Shown piece by piece: positions 38,539 through 52,283 of a stretch of 64,000 bases of DNA. Source of the stretch: Tubulanus polymorphus. Taxonomy: Eukaryota; Animalia; Nemertea. The notes under the pieces were generated by a model. That model did not search any database, was not told the origin of the DNA, and saw only the letters and a list, made by a program, of their open reading frames with translations. Each line of letters begins with the position of its first letter. Positions within the stretch are counted from its first letter, which is position 1. Position numbers and translations under genes: made by a program. The stretch covers positions 16,871,653 to 16,935,652 of the forward strand of contig NC_134028.1 in the NCBI RefSeq assembly GCF_964204645.1, in the 5' to 3' direction.

Positions 38539-41519
38539 GTCCCTCGAATATTGGGTTTTCAATGTGCTATAGCCCATTGCATGCCATTCCACATGATAGA
38601 TAGAACGACCATTTGAGACCTGGGACTCAAGCACCAGCAGAGAATTCGGGGCACGACAGTCCTTATTGGGTCTTGTATAAACTTAAATAGCATACCGGTA
38701 TATCGGGTACCCGGTATATGATTTCGAGACCAACAGAACGGTGTGTTTCCTTTGTAATAGTCATCTCCATACACCCCCGATACACCACCAGCCTCGTACC
38801 CTCCGATACACCACGGGCCTCGCAAACAGCCGACGCTTTTCAAAAATACCGAACGCGAACGCCTAGCTACTCGATCAGGGACGTGCCACCTGCGACCGTA
38901 AAGCGACATGCCGCACCAATAATTGAATAACCCAAGACGCCATAATAAATGTTATTCTGCATTTAAGGGGGGGGGGGGAGTATCTAATTAGTCCGAATTG
39001 CAAACAGCAGCATTTTGTTCTGAGGCACAAATACGGTGATATTAAAGCAGTTGTGATTTTCTGTGTACGGGCCATTTGCAACAAGAACAAGTTTGAGTTT
39101 GGTCATATATGAGCTGTCCAATTTAAGTTGTTGTAAGCATAGCCCTTTGACAGTGAAATGCCACAATAATAACCACTGAGATAGTCTTAGCTAAAGGATT
39201 GCTTAATAGTTGTCGAATAAACACTATAATCCGTGTATACTGTAGATAAATGAAGAAATCCCACACTTCAAATTTAAAATTATACGATCAAATTTATTAC
39301 TATGAAACCACAGCCATCATCAGGTGGAATGACCAGAAAAACAAGTGTTTACGGTAGGCGGCCGCACTGAACCAGGCAGGTTTTTTCATGAAAGTTGCCC
39401 AGTAAACGGATTCAAACAAATCTAAATCTTCGATCCAATTGAACCATTTGTTTTCGATTTTGATGAAGTTTTGACTCAATAGTATCAATCGTATACCCGG
39501 TACCTAAGATGACATTTTCATAACCAGGCGGATCTAGGAAATTTGGAAGAAAAGAAAATGTATTTTTTAAAAAATTAGCTCTTATGGCCTCTAGAAAATT
39601 GGTCAAAGTGGTCAAAATTAGCTCTTATGGCCTCTAGAATTCATCTAAGATGTGAATATTTAATCACCAATCCCCGATGTCGGCTGTGTATCCTGATATT
39701 ACTGTACGGTACATAATTTTATATATATTCATATGGTAGACTTTACTTACCTATTGGGACCTATATGGTTTCATACTAAAAATTATATATTCCATAGATT
39801 TAACAGACTTATTGGGTGCCTCAAACTGCGGAAACATTATGTACAGGTCTATTGGGTCATCACCTTATGAGTCCCAAGTTTGAACTGCTTATTCAAATTA
39901 GTAAATTAAACATTATTTCGAGTCAAAGTTTAATTGTAGTGACGACCCAGAAGTGGTTCTAATCTCTTAAGAATTACAGTGATGGAGCTGTCGTCATAAT
40001 GACGATCACCTAATCGGATTTTACAATCTTAAAATTTCGTCTTGTACGTTTTCTGTAGCGCAGGTGATCAAGTCTTAGGATCAACTTCATTGTAACAAAT
40101 GATTTCAAATATCAGGAGCCCAATGCGTTTAATGATTCAATTAAATGGTATCTTGCTGATTGGATGAAAGTGGGGTAAATCATTTTATTGTGATTTTATT
40201 CTTTTTGAATTGGTCATTGGTGGTCAATGGTCAATTTATGAATCTTCAATAGCGAATCTTTTCTAGTTTCACACCAAACGCGGTATATCGTTCTCATCTT
40301 CGTGAAATTGTAATTCGTCAGTAGTGGTCAGTGTTGGTCAGCTTATGAATTTGCAATGATGAATCCTTGGTAGTTTGTAAACAAACATGGCTTGAGAAAT
40401 TTCCGATATTCGAAGTCTGAATCGTTCAGACTCGGGGATCATATCTCAATTGGTCAGTTTCTGACCATCTCGGTGTCAGCATTGTGGTCGATAGCTTATA
40501 TGAAACATTTGTAGATAACCAACGAAGGGGCCCAAAAGCACAAGCCAATTTCCAGTGATGTGATCCAAAAAATGCCCTACTGAAAAAAGCAGTCTCTCAA
40601 TTGGACGAAACCAAATCGCACAGGAATATTAATTTAGAAATTGTCGACTAGTAGCCACAGCGGTGGTTTTTTCTACGTAGTCTCTCATTTCATATCATAA
40701 GATTTCCCCCGTTTCAAACTGTCGAGTTTATGAGTCAATATTAAACAGACATATTGGGGCCCTCAGTAATAACTAATATATTTCTTTTGATATTTGTACC
40801 TATCTGTTTGGTCCATCAAACAGTTGGTTTTCTGTAGTAACTAATATATATCACATGATACATGATTGTACCGATCTATTGGGTCAAATATGGTCTTATA
40901 TCAAACTTATACATTCCGAATGTACCCATATGGAAGACTTTAATAGACCATTCAAAGTGGTTTCCTGTGAAATAATTGTTATATTTTCTGTTATCACGGT
41001 ACTGCATTGGCATAATCCAAGAGAATGGAAGGGATGTATGGATTCATGTAATATGGCATATTCAAGTGCCGCTGCATATCCACATGGAAACGATTGGCAA
41101 TGTGAGGATGTTCCTGCACTGTTCCTTCCTTTGAATTCACCAAATTACTAAATCAACTCAGCATAGTCATCAATATACATGTAGTTTATCCCTCAAAATC
41201 GAGCAGTGCTTGCGCATACACGTAGGCTAAGCTAGGCTAATTCCACTATGTCTTGTATTATCGAAACCTATATCAACCCCATCTGACAAAGTTTAAATCA
41301 AACTTTGTCAGAAGGGGTTGAGAATTGAATAGGTTTCAATTGTTTACATTGGCTAATCTGGATCAGTTCAATTTTGATCTCATGTTTGTCTGTACATCAA
41401 TGTATGTTAGGAAATTATCCAAGTTTAGCGCAGTCTTATGTGTATACGGTTCCTAGAAAAATCAAATCGATATTTGGGTAAAGCCTGTGAATCTAACACA
41501 AACACTTGGATTATACATC

Positions 41520-41717
41520 ATTATAAGTTTATTTGGAATCTTTCTCTTTTTAATAATGTTATTCACTCGTTCTAATCTGAAGTAGAGTTCTCTTTGTCAG
41601 CATTTTAGTGGCTTCGTCCAAAAGTTCACGATAAGCCATTCTGTTGGAACGAATGCAAGATCGTATGGAATATTTTTTCTTCTTCCGATGACCAGCGCCT
41701 TCGTGTTTTCATTCTGC
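41520..41717 (-). pseudogene. Decayed duplicate of the Myb/SANT-like terminal exon
   Basis: tttcttttaatag acceptor; RRRWSSEEEKIF...RELLDEATKMLTKRTLLQIR..VNNIIKKRKI parallels exon 46645-46859; frameshifted. Confidence 0.8.
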
Positions 41718-42569
41718 CTATTAAAAGAAAGAAAATTCATTTATTTCTATATTTGGTTTAGGCTAAAAAAGTGATACTTTGTTTCTCCGCAGCAGCCAGG
41801 AAATTGTGTAAATTCCAATAAAATTTATAATCAGTTCATTTCTATAGCTGCTGGGTCTGTAATTGTATGGCTGGTAGTGATAAAAAAAATAATGTACAGG
41901 GTAGATAGGCGGCAGGGTAAATTAACTTTAAGCTAGGCAGAGTGGAGAAACAATGTATCATTTTTTCCCTTAATTGACCAATTTGAATACATGACCTGTC
42001 AAACCATGTAAAACATACATGTACAGTCAGAGTGGCACTACTTGTTCAGGTACTTGAGCTATTTAAATTAACCTTTTTGAAAGTAAGCTACCTTGGTAGG
42101 GATATCAAAATTGTGACATTGAAACTCGGGAAGTGCACTATTTTTATATTGAACATCACCTCAGCCTGGCAGCATATCAAAAAAGGTATGACCTTTAAAT
42201 GTTATATATTCTTTATGATATACTAGTAACACTAAACTGCTTTCAAAAGTTATTACAGTTAATTTCAACCATTGATATTTAGCACTGCTTGGTGGCCATG
42301 ATGAATATGCATCCCTGTAAAACTTGATGTACATGTTAATTGGGACATAATCTGCAACTTTGCACTACATCATAATATTGAATTTCGACCAGAGAATAAT
42401 CTGAAGAATATGCATTGGTTATGTTTTAAATTACAATTGCTCATATGTGACCTTGAAACTCAGGACGGCCATCTTGCATCTGATTGACCCAATATTTCTC
42501 TCATGCTGATGCACCCTTCTGGTATACAATCTGATAGATCAAAATTTCCCTTGAAAACTTCAAAAATAA

Positions 42570-43200
42570 GCAAACAAGGGGTCCAGGGACACCATGCCCT
42601 CTTGGGAAGTAGTTTCAAATGCTCAACAACAACCCTGAATCTAACATGACCCTGAAACTCTCTGCAATCAATTAGAATATGTCAACAGCTACGATTTTGT
42701 AATTGATTGTGATAACAAAATATGCCTCGTTACCAATTTAATATGGAAATACTAAGTTATTCAATGCCCCTGGCAACCACATGCAAAACCCAATGACCTT
42801 GAAACTCACCACAATCATAGAACATGTCACGAACTACAACTTTGCAATTGATCATGGTAACAAAATATGCCTAGATACCAATCTAATAAGGAAATACTAT
42901 GTAATTCTACTATTCAACGCCCCCTGGTGACCATATAGAATAACTCATGTCCTTAAAACTCACCACATACATAGATGATGTCATGAGCTACAACTTCACA
43001 ATTGATTGTGGTTACAAAATATGCATAGGTACAAACATAATATAGAAATGCTAAGTTGTTGTATTATTTAACGCCCCCTGGTGGCCATATACAAAATCCG
43101 ATGACCTTGAAGCTTACCAAAATCATAGAACACGTTATGAGCTACAACTTTCCAATAGATTGTGGGAAAACAATATGTTTAGGTATCAATATAGTGTCGA
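42570..43200. repeat. ~154-bp tandem repeat, about 4 units
   Basis: atgaccttgaaactc-like motif recurs near 42646, 42793, 42947 and 43101. Confidence 0.8.
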
Positions 43201-43239
43201 AATTTGAAAATGTTGATAATTAATGGATAGGAGCACCCT

Positions 43240-45460
43240 TAATACGACCAGTCAAACTGCGCAGTTTTAATTAACCATCGTTTTTATATCCATTTTACAC
43301 TGTATTGAAGGATTGCCAAAAAGTTTTCATTTTCGCATGTTAACATGAGAAAAAATAAGCCATTTTTGAAATTCTAACAATATACGTCCTGAGTTTCCAT
43401 GCCTACGAACCATTGATTTGTGATGATTTGATTATAATTTCAAATGGTAGGCACGGAAACATATTGTTAAAATTGATTTACAGTCAACCCCCTATATACA
43501 ACATCTGGTAATATGAAGATCAAATTCAGGTATGTGTTCAAAAGTTTTAAAGAAATATCCCAAAAAATCGACTTTCGGTCTTAAGTCCCTAGTGGGCTAA
43601 AAAGGTATGAAATAACTAAACAGATTTACCGTCGGTTGCGCAAAGTTGACTCATATCTACCATAAGACTCTCTCTATGTGATTCAACTGCGGATTGATTG
43701 GAATCTTTCACACGACTCGTATTGATCTCGGTGGTCCATCTTCCTATGAAAATTGAAAATATCGACATGCATTAGCAATTGAGTAGTTGTTGAAATTGAG
43801 ACCAAAATTGACATTTTTGGGTACGAAAAAAGGTAACAGGACAGCCATCTTGCATCCGATTGACCCAAAATTTCCCTCATGCTGATGCACCCTTCTGGTA
43901 ATCTGATAGATCAAGGTAATTGATCAGTGTCTTCAAAATTCCCTTGAAAACTTCAAAAATGACTAGGAAAGTGCTGATTTCAGAGTAGAAAAATGGCCAC
44001 CAGTCAACCATGTTGATTCTGACCAAGCTCAGTTTTTGGGAAGAAGATGTATCTAGGGTAGATACATGTATATAAATATATTAAATCAATTACATTAATA
44101 TATTTCTACAAATGATATAGGGCCTATTACATTTTATAGATTGTACCTATCTATTGGGTCCATCAAACAGCTGGTTTCCTGTGTAATAACTAATACATTC
44201 CACATGATAGATTGTACCGACCTATTGGGCCCTTTGTCTTATCGTACATAATAATCCATATGACAGATTTACCAGACCAATCTAACTGTGGGTTTCCTGT
44301 GTTATAACAATACATTCTATCATGGATTTCCCTCAATTCGGGGATTCCTATGTAATGAATAATATACATTCAGTATGATAGACTTTATCAAACATAATGG
44401 GTCCTTCAAGGTGATTAGTTAGTACTTGGTGAAATACTGAACAATCTGGAAATGTCAAGAATCACCATTACCATAGGGCTTTTCATGCACTGGCACAACA
44501 TGCAATTGTTTGTGGTAACAACGTCATATGTCTAGGTACTAATATACTGTAGTACCATATTCTTCGGCTAATTTGCGCCACCGGTGAACATAAACAATAC
44601 CTAGAAACTCACCACAATCTTAGGGCAATTCATGTTAGAGCAAGTCATGAGGCCAAAATATTTACTGCGAATGAGAGAAATTGAGATAAATGATCGAAGC
44701 ATTCTCAATATTTCCCATGAAAACTAGAAAAACAATGTCTAAAAGTGCTGATTTCAAATTGTATCAGAATAACTGGATTCTGTCAAGCTTGGGACAAGTG
44801 ACACAAAGCGGATGCGATAACCCACTTTTAAGTCCATTCTTTTATGTGACATAGATATTTTTGGATATTTCGCTTAATGTTTTGAACACATACGTCTAAT
44901 TGGTTTTAATACGACCAGTGAAACTGTGCAGTTTTAATAAACCATCGTTTTTATATCCATTTTACACTGTATTGAAGGATTGCCAAAAAGTTTTCATTTT
45001 CGCATGTTGAAATGAGAAAAAATAAGCCATTTTTGAAATTCTAACAATATGCATCCTTAGTTTCCATGCCTACGAACTATTGATTTTTGATGATTTGATT
45101 ATAATTTCAAATGGTAGGCACGGAAACATATTGTTAAAATTGATTTACAGTCAACCCCCAATATACCAGTTTCACTGGCAGTATAGAGATCAAATTCAGG
45201 TACAAAAGATTTAGAGAAATATCCCAAATAATCGACTTTCCGTCTAAAGTCCCTAGTGGGCTAAAAAGGTATGAAATAACTTAACTGATTTACCGTCGGT
45301 TGCGGAAAGTTGACTCATATCTACCATAAGACTCTCTCTATGTGATTCAACTGCGGATTGATTGGAATCTTTCACACCAATTGTATCGAACTCGGTGGCC
45401 CATCTTCCTGTGAAAATTAGAAATATGAACATGCATAAGCAATTGAGTAGTGGTTGAAAT
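43240..45460. repeat. ~550-bp direct repeat pair (43240-43800 and 44905-45460)
   Basis: Near-identical text from taatacgaccagt through gactctctctatgtgattcaactgcggattg. Confidence 0.9.
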
Positions 45461-46644
45461 CATATGGTCAGAGGCTTTGCCATATGTCATGTATTGAATA
45501 AACGTCCATGGGTTTTCATAGTTAATATCTCCTAATACGAATCAGTTAAAATCGGATATCATGCTTGTCTAAGCTTACCGTACGCGAATTTTTGTTAGAC
45601 AGGTTGAGGCCATTTAAAAAAATGAAACAGTCTTTCTCATCACCATGCGCGTCAAAAAAAAAATCAGCGACGGAAATCGGATGACAGTCCATCAATGAGT
45701 ATTAACTTACATATTTCATATGAAAGACAGTACCGACCTTTTGGGTCCACCAAACTGTGTTTCCTGAGTAGTAACCAATCGGGTCCAATATGGTTACGTA
45801 TAAAAGTCATATATTCCATGATGCCGACGTTCGGTATAAAATGGCAATCATCTGTCAGACATGGCAGTATCTCTGAACCCATGGTGCAGTCAAGAGCTCC
45901 AGCAGTTGAAAATGGTATTTCCCTATTATCAAGGTCAGTTTTAACCGATTCAAACTCTACTTTTTTTCGAGGATATGCGTGGACATGCAATATATTCATT
46001 CCTATAGTTTAAATTTCGAGCATAACTTAGCGATTTACTTCAAAATTCTCCATTCTGCATTCTTCAAAATTTCAAATCTTTGAATAACAAGGTTGCAGGA
46101 GTTATCCAGAAAAACAGTGCATCATACACAGCACAGTTACAGGATACCTAGTCATTAACCTATAAAAACAAAACAGTTGCTGCTCTCTAGTGCATAATTT
46201 TTGGGGGAAAGAAAACTTTTTTCCTATCAATTGCAATGAACTGAAAAATTCATAATCAGTAATATTATCTAAATTTCATCAAAATCGAACAAAAATTCGC
46301 TAAATTAATACAACAGATTTTTTGGTAAAATCTTTATAACTGGAGCAATTTTGATTGAATACAAAAACACCTACAGAATCAGCATAATGTGATTGAGAAA
46401 GGTACTATGTTGAAAATGGTGTTAAAGAAATATGAAAAAAGTTTTCTCAACTTTGATACCGTCTGAAACTAGTGTCAGCCAGATGTGTTCCTGTACATAT
46501 TATAAACAAACGACGACAAGCTGAGTCGCTGGTGGGATGTGACCCACTGAAAATCTCACCACCGGATTTCAGATGCCTCTGAACGTCAGGTTTTAAGCCA
46601 ATGAATCTTACACAAATACTTGGATCATCCATCATCGTACACAT

Positions 46645-46859
46645 TTATTTTGAAATCTTTCTTTTTTTAATCATGTTACTGACGCGTGTTCTGATCTGTA
46701 AGAGAGTTCGTGTTTTCAGAACCTGCGTTGCTTTATCTAGAAGTTCGCGGTTCGGCATTTTATTGCAACGGATGCAACTATGAAAAATCTGTTGAAATGT
46801 GTCATCTTCTTCTGCCGACCATCGCCTTTTAGTACCGGTACCCTTAGATTTCGTTTTGC
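46645..46859 (-). CDS. Terminal exon, Myb/SANT-like domain of the SET-recombinase gene
   Basis: tttcttttaacag acceptor, phase 1; KRRWSAEEDDTFQQIF...KMPNRELL...RTLLQIRTRVSNMIKKRKISK*. Confidence 0.75.
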
Positions 46860-47576
46860 CTGTTAAAAGAAATAAAATTCATCCATTTTAATATTTTTTT
46901 TTGTATTTCAACAAAAAATTATTTTGTATTTAAACATAAATGAACATATGTTTAATTTCTGAAATCAAACAAATACCTAATTGTGATGGAATTTTTTAAG
47001 TTGTTTTTTTTTCATGGAATTTAAAATATTAAGCTATATCAATACTAAGATATTAAGCTACTCATGCAGCTGTGCACTCGGGCTAGTGTGTCAGGGTTTT
47101 GATAACGCGGCAATGTCGATGTCATCAAGTTTGAATCCCTGCCAAGGAGGATGAGTATGTGGTTCTAGCTAAATTTCATGTAAAAGGGCATATGATAATT
47201 TCAATAATACAACTATTCAATGGTCTTTGGTGGACATTCTAAGACAGTAACTAGGGGAATGTAGCTGGTGAATTATTCATTTAATCACGTCACACTCGAC
47301 AACATTGATAGAACATGTCACAGGCATATTTTTTTGCAATTTATGGTGTTATGATTTAAATTACGATTGCTCATATTTCAATATTCAGTGCTGGCTGAGA
47401 AACAAACGAAGAAATAGTAATTGTGGGTTTAAACGGGATCAATTTATATATTGATTTATTATCATTATTACTATTATCATTATTATTAATCTACCTTTTT
47501 ATTATTTATTCATGCGGTCTAACCAGGGATTGATTAACCGAAGTTAACTGAATATACAAATATGTATGTTACTTAC

Positions 47577-47624
47577 CAGTATCCACACATGTTGGACTTT
47601 TCGAAATGCATGGTTCATCTTCAA
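47577..47624 (-). pseudogene. 48-bp mini-exon copy with mutated acceptor (CAT)
   Basis: EDEPCISKSPTCVDT followed by G|gtaagt; flanks duplicate 50730-51060. Confidence 0.6.
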
Positions 47625-50600
47625 ATGAAAATAAATGAAAGAGATTGTAAGTGGGCTAAAATGGCATTAATTTATTTATTGATTTATCATTTATCCATTT
47701 TCTATCAATTCATTCATACGGTTTAACCATGAAACGATTAACCGAAGTTAACTGAATATACATATATGTAACTAACATGGTATTAGGTTTTGGATAACTA
47801 AATTATCCATCGGACCATTACACACACAAACCTATTAAGTCCCTTGAATATTGGCTTTTCTATGTTTTATATAGCCCATAGCATTTCATATGGTAGATAG
47901 AACAGAACACTTGAGAAACAAAAGTTCCACCAAATGCATGATGTAATTCCATATGACATATTGCACAGTTCTATTGGGTCTTACATAAAACTTATATATT
48001 CCATATGATAGATTTTAACAGATCAATCAAAAATGCTGTTTCCCTGTGTAATAACTAGTACATCCCAGGCTGTGTGTGCTTCCTGTGTAATAATGAATAT
48101 GCAATCAATATGATATACTTCTGCAGACTTATTGGGTTCCTGAGTGCGTGGGTATCCTGTATGATATCTAATACATTCCATATAGATAATTTGGACTTCA
48201 AAATGAGGTTTTGCTGTGTAATAACCAACATATTATAAATGGCAGATTTAAATCGATGTATAAAACTTTTTATATTGAATGAGTAACAACTTTTATACTG
48301 CATACCAAACTTTTGGGTCCATCAAACTGTAGGTTCCTTTGTAATAACTAATATATTCCACATGATGCATTGAACCAACTTTTTGGGTCCATCAAAGCGG
48401 GTGTTCCTATGAGTAATAACTACATATCGAATACATTTAATTCATCATAGATTGTATAGAACTGTTGGGTATATCAAACTGGGGAGTTCCTAATACTGTC
48501 ATGATCATACAGCCACCAATTTATTATTACCTTGATAACCAGTGAACGATTTACTGAACGCAAGTGAATATTTATATATTTCTCAACTTACATCTCTATG
48601 CAGTATACATAGTAAAACACCCCCGATATTCCACCACATATTTATGGTTTCTGCTGCTTTCGCAGAAACCCTCTTGTAATATTTCAGTTGATTATTATTA
48701 TTATAAATGGTCCACTTTCCAGCCAAAAATTTTTCATAAACTGTAACTCCTCTCAGATTCTACTACCAACAGCTTATAAACGTAATTTTAAATTCTGTCA
48801 GAAATATAACTCAGCGCCTGACCATTTCGAATTTGCGTATAGTAATCTATTATGAATTAATCCCGCATAATTACCGGGTCTAAACAGCGACAAGAATAAC
48901 GCAAAGAATCGTCATCCATTGATAAAAGTGCACCCCGAAAAGCCTAAAATTTACTGCCTTGAGCTTCAAAGTCAACCGTAAATCCGGATCCGTCATTTCC
49001 CACGAACGATAACTACAGCCGGTGCGTAATAAGTGTCTTATGAATGAAACATGGCGGATGGTTGAAATCATTTTCGGCTTAAATTTATCGCGAGTTTTAG
49101 GACCTTATAATGAATTTCACGAAACCATGATCCTTAAAATGAGTCAATTGGTTAATTCTATTTGTAAATCAATTTACGTTGGCTACATTTCCGGAAGATT
49201 TCTGACTCGATTCAACGTAATATGGACAGAAATGGTAGGAATTTCATACGGAATTTCAATTCCGCGTTCACTCAACGACTCAGATCGATGACAACGACAG
49301 CAGATTTTACGTAATTTAAGGTGAGAATCCGTTAACCAGGGAATGTTTTACATGATCTCTTTATAATATTAGTAGATATGGTAGCAAATGAGTACTTGGT
49401 GAAGCAATGATCATTGTTGGTTAGCTACTTTACCTAGCTTTTTCTTTACACCTAGAATAGGCCCTAAATCAAAATGTAGTGAATAGAGACAGTGGAAAGC
49501 CTAAGTTGTTAGTAAGGGGCTGGTTTACACTTATGTGTATGACTATTTATTTCGATTTCTTTCCAGCTATTAATCGTGGAATGAACTGGTCACTACGGTC
49601 TTCAATTCCGTTGCCGACTCTTGCAGCTGGTGGAAATAAATTTAAACCACAGTGTGCAAGTGTACGTTCCAAATCAAGCTTTTTCATCATTGTCGTAACT
49701 TAAGCGCAATTGTCTCAGATGCTGTAAGTACTTGACGTTTTATGTAATTGATATTTTTTCAGTTGCCATGTTTACAATATTTGGATATGTAATCAGTTAT
49801 ACTTTCTTTCACTCCTCAATGATATTATATAACCGAGTAATTATTAGATTTCATTGCTTAATTACAGGTGGAAAGAGGTCAGATGGCATGAAAATCGACT
49901 GTGGCTGACTTATGGGTGCGATTAGATCAGGCGTTGATGTTTCAAAAGGTGTTGCCAAAAAGCTTGTATCATCAGGGGGTAGACAAATATCCGAAAATAA
50001 ATAAAAACTTCACCTCGTTGATCATCAGTTGATTTTGCTGTAATTTTTTTCGCCTGGATAAATCAACACGTCATTCAGTTCAAAATATGTGTTCAGCAGA
50101 ATTTCTTTCAATAAAATTACAATTTAATTGACTTATTTTTATGTATTCAAGATTGAAATTGAATGGATCTTAAAACCAGAGAAAGCATTCTTCAGAAAAT
50201 CCTAGACTCATAATCAAATTCTGTGAAGTCAAGGTCTTTTGCTTGAATCAAGCCGAGGGCTCAGATGGCTAAAATTCAATTCCTCAATGCCCTATAATGC
50301 AGAGTACGATAAAGTTTACACACTGAAAAACGTTGGGCTGTGTAAGTGTAATTTGGACGTTCAAGTTGATACAACTGCCGGCACCGGGGAACCATATCTT
50401 CGGCATCCTCAAAGCCATTTTGATTAGAATTGGTACATCAGTACTTTTTACATGGTAGCCCTTTAGGATCCACATAATCCAGCATATTGTTGACCCAGGT
50501 TGGGCTTCTTGGAAATAGTCCTATGTTACGGACGGATTTGAGTAATTTCTATGAAATCATTTTTACGCTTCCCATTGCAACATACGAACCAGTTAGGCAG

Positions 50601-50653
50601 AAACCCGTTATCGCTGCTATGCAGCTATATTTTTGTATATAGTTGTAACTTAC

Positions 50654-51114
50654 CAGTATCTATACACGTTTGACTTTCTGAACCGTTTGTTTCATTTTCA
50701 ACTGAAAAATGATTGGAAGAAATTGTAGGTGGGCTGAAACGGGATCAATTTATATATTGATTTATAATAATTATTATCATTATCATTATTATCTATTTAT
50801 CTTTTATCATTCATTCATGCTGTTTAACCGGGGATTGATTAACCAAAGTAAACTGAATATACAAATATGTATCTAAATATGTATGTAACTTACCAATATC
50901 CACACGTGTTAAACTTTTTGAAATGCATGGTTCATCTTCAACTGAAAATAAATAAAATGAATCGTAGGGAGGCTAAAACCACATCAATTTATTTACTAAT
51001 TTATCCATTTTCTATAAATTCATTCATACGGTTTAAGTTAACTGAACATACATATAAGTAACTCACCAGTATCCAAACAGATTTCCAGACTTGAACTGCA
51101 TGGTTCATCTTCAA
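50654..51114 (-). CDS. Three tandem 48-bp phase-1 mini-exons (50654-50701, 50894-50941, 51067-51114)
   Basis: ttttcag|TTGAARATGAA...GATAYTG|gtaagt; peptides ENETNGSESQTCIDT, EDEPCISKSLTRVDI, EDEPCSSSLEICLDT; the last has a CAA acceptor. Confidence 0.65.
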
Positions 51115-51358
51115 TTGAAAATAAATGAAAGAAACTGTAGTATGAACCCTAAACGCTCAATTCAAGACGAAAATAGACAAGAGGCCCATGGGCCTTGAAG
51201 CATTGGTAGATTATACTGCGGTATTAAGTGGTTATAATGTTTTACATCTGCCGGCAAATCTTCTATAACGATGTTGATTGGGAGGACCACAGACTTAAAG
51301 GTCTATTTGTCTAGTACGATTTTATCCCTGAAAATGAATCTATTTTCTGCCGATCAAT

Positions 51359-51447
51359 TTAGCCGGTAGGACTCGAACCCACTTGTAACTCAGCATTGAT
51401 AGTGGATTCAATAGCATCACGCCTTATCTCACTGAGCTACCGAGGCC
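51359..51447 (-). mobile_element. tRNA-derived SINE head
   Basis: Minus strand GGTAGCTCAGTGAG (A box) and GGTTCGAGTCC (B box); no valid cloverleaf seen. Confidence 0.65.
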
Positions 51448-51923
51448 GCTCAATTCAATTCCAAAAAAACTACAGCAGCGGCAAATAACCATCGCTATAT
51501 TGCAATTTACGACAAACAACGCGTAAATTCAATCACTGTTGTTTAACGCATGGAAAAGATGATAAAAGGTATTTTTTCCCGGCGCGCATTACAAAGCGAA
51601 TCTCTACCGAGTGCGTAAGAAAGTGCTACCGCCTTATTAGTGTGCAGCAGGCGGATAGGGCGCCCTAAAAAGAAAACTTATATTAGAATATAGCCGAATA
51701 CCGTTAGATGTTTCGTGTCATCATGAAATGGTTTTAACTTTAGTAAAGGCGTTCCCGCACGATCACATACGGGTTTCAGTCTCGAGTAGGCTGCCGTTCC
51801 ACTGCTCTAGAAATACGTATTCTGACGCTGAGAATTAAGCGTAAAGTTAACCATAGTTAACAAACTAAAATTGGTCAATAAACAAAATTTTCAGTTTTGC
51901 GAAGCGACTAATCGCATCAATAC

Positions 51924-52203
51924 CTGTGAAACAGTAGCAATGTATTTTCGGAGAGAGGTTGAACATATCCTTTCTGGATAACTTATATTTGGACACGAAG
52001 TCACGATTTCTTTCAGTTCTGTATTTCCAGTGAAGGGAGTGATCGCATTTGGCCGCGCAAACACATATGCGTTAGCTTTCAGGATCCCGACAGTATCTCT
52101 CTTAGCATTCAAAATATCTATAGCAGACTTCGCCTCTGGTGGCAATAAAATGAAACTTTCAACATTTTTCCTTGATTTACCAGCGCATACCACCATATCC
52201 ATT
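51924..52203 (-). CDS. Tyrosine-recombinase catalytic-domain exon
   Basis: 80-bp GT-AG intron 52204-52283; MVVCAGKSRK...YVFARP...ICSTSLRKYIATVSQ|gtattg (K and HxxR-equivalent motifs). Confidence 0.75.
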
Positions 52204-52283
52204 CTAGTGAGCAAAAAAAACAATTATATGAAGTAAAGGTCATCATATTGGCTAAACATATAATCAACCTAAATAGCTCATAC

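Noticed and set aside
47065-47150. Second tRNA-derived SINE head
   Set aside because: Only a degenerate B-box-like gtttgaatccc; too weak to call
51359-51447. tRNA gene
   Set aside because: A and B boxes are present but no convincing acceptor or anticodon stems; fits a SINE head
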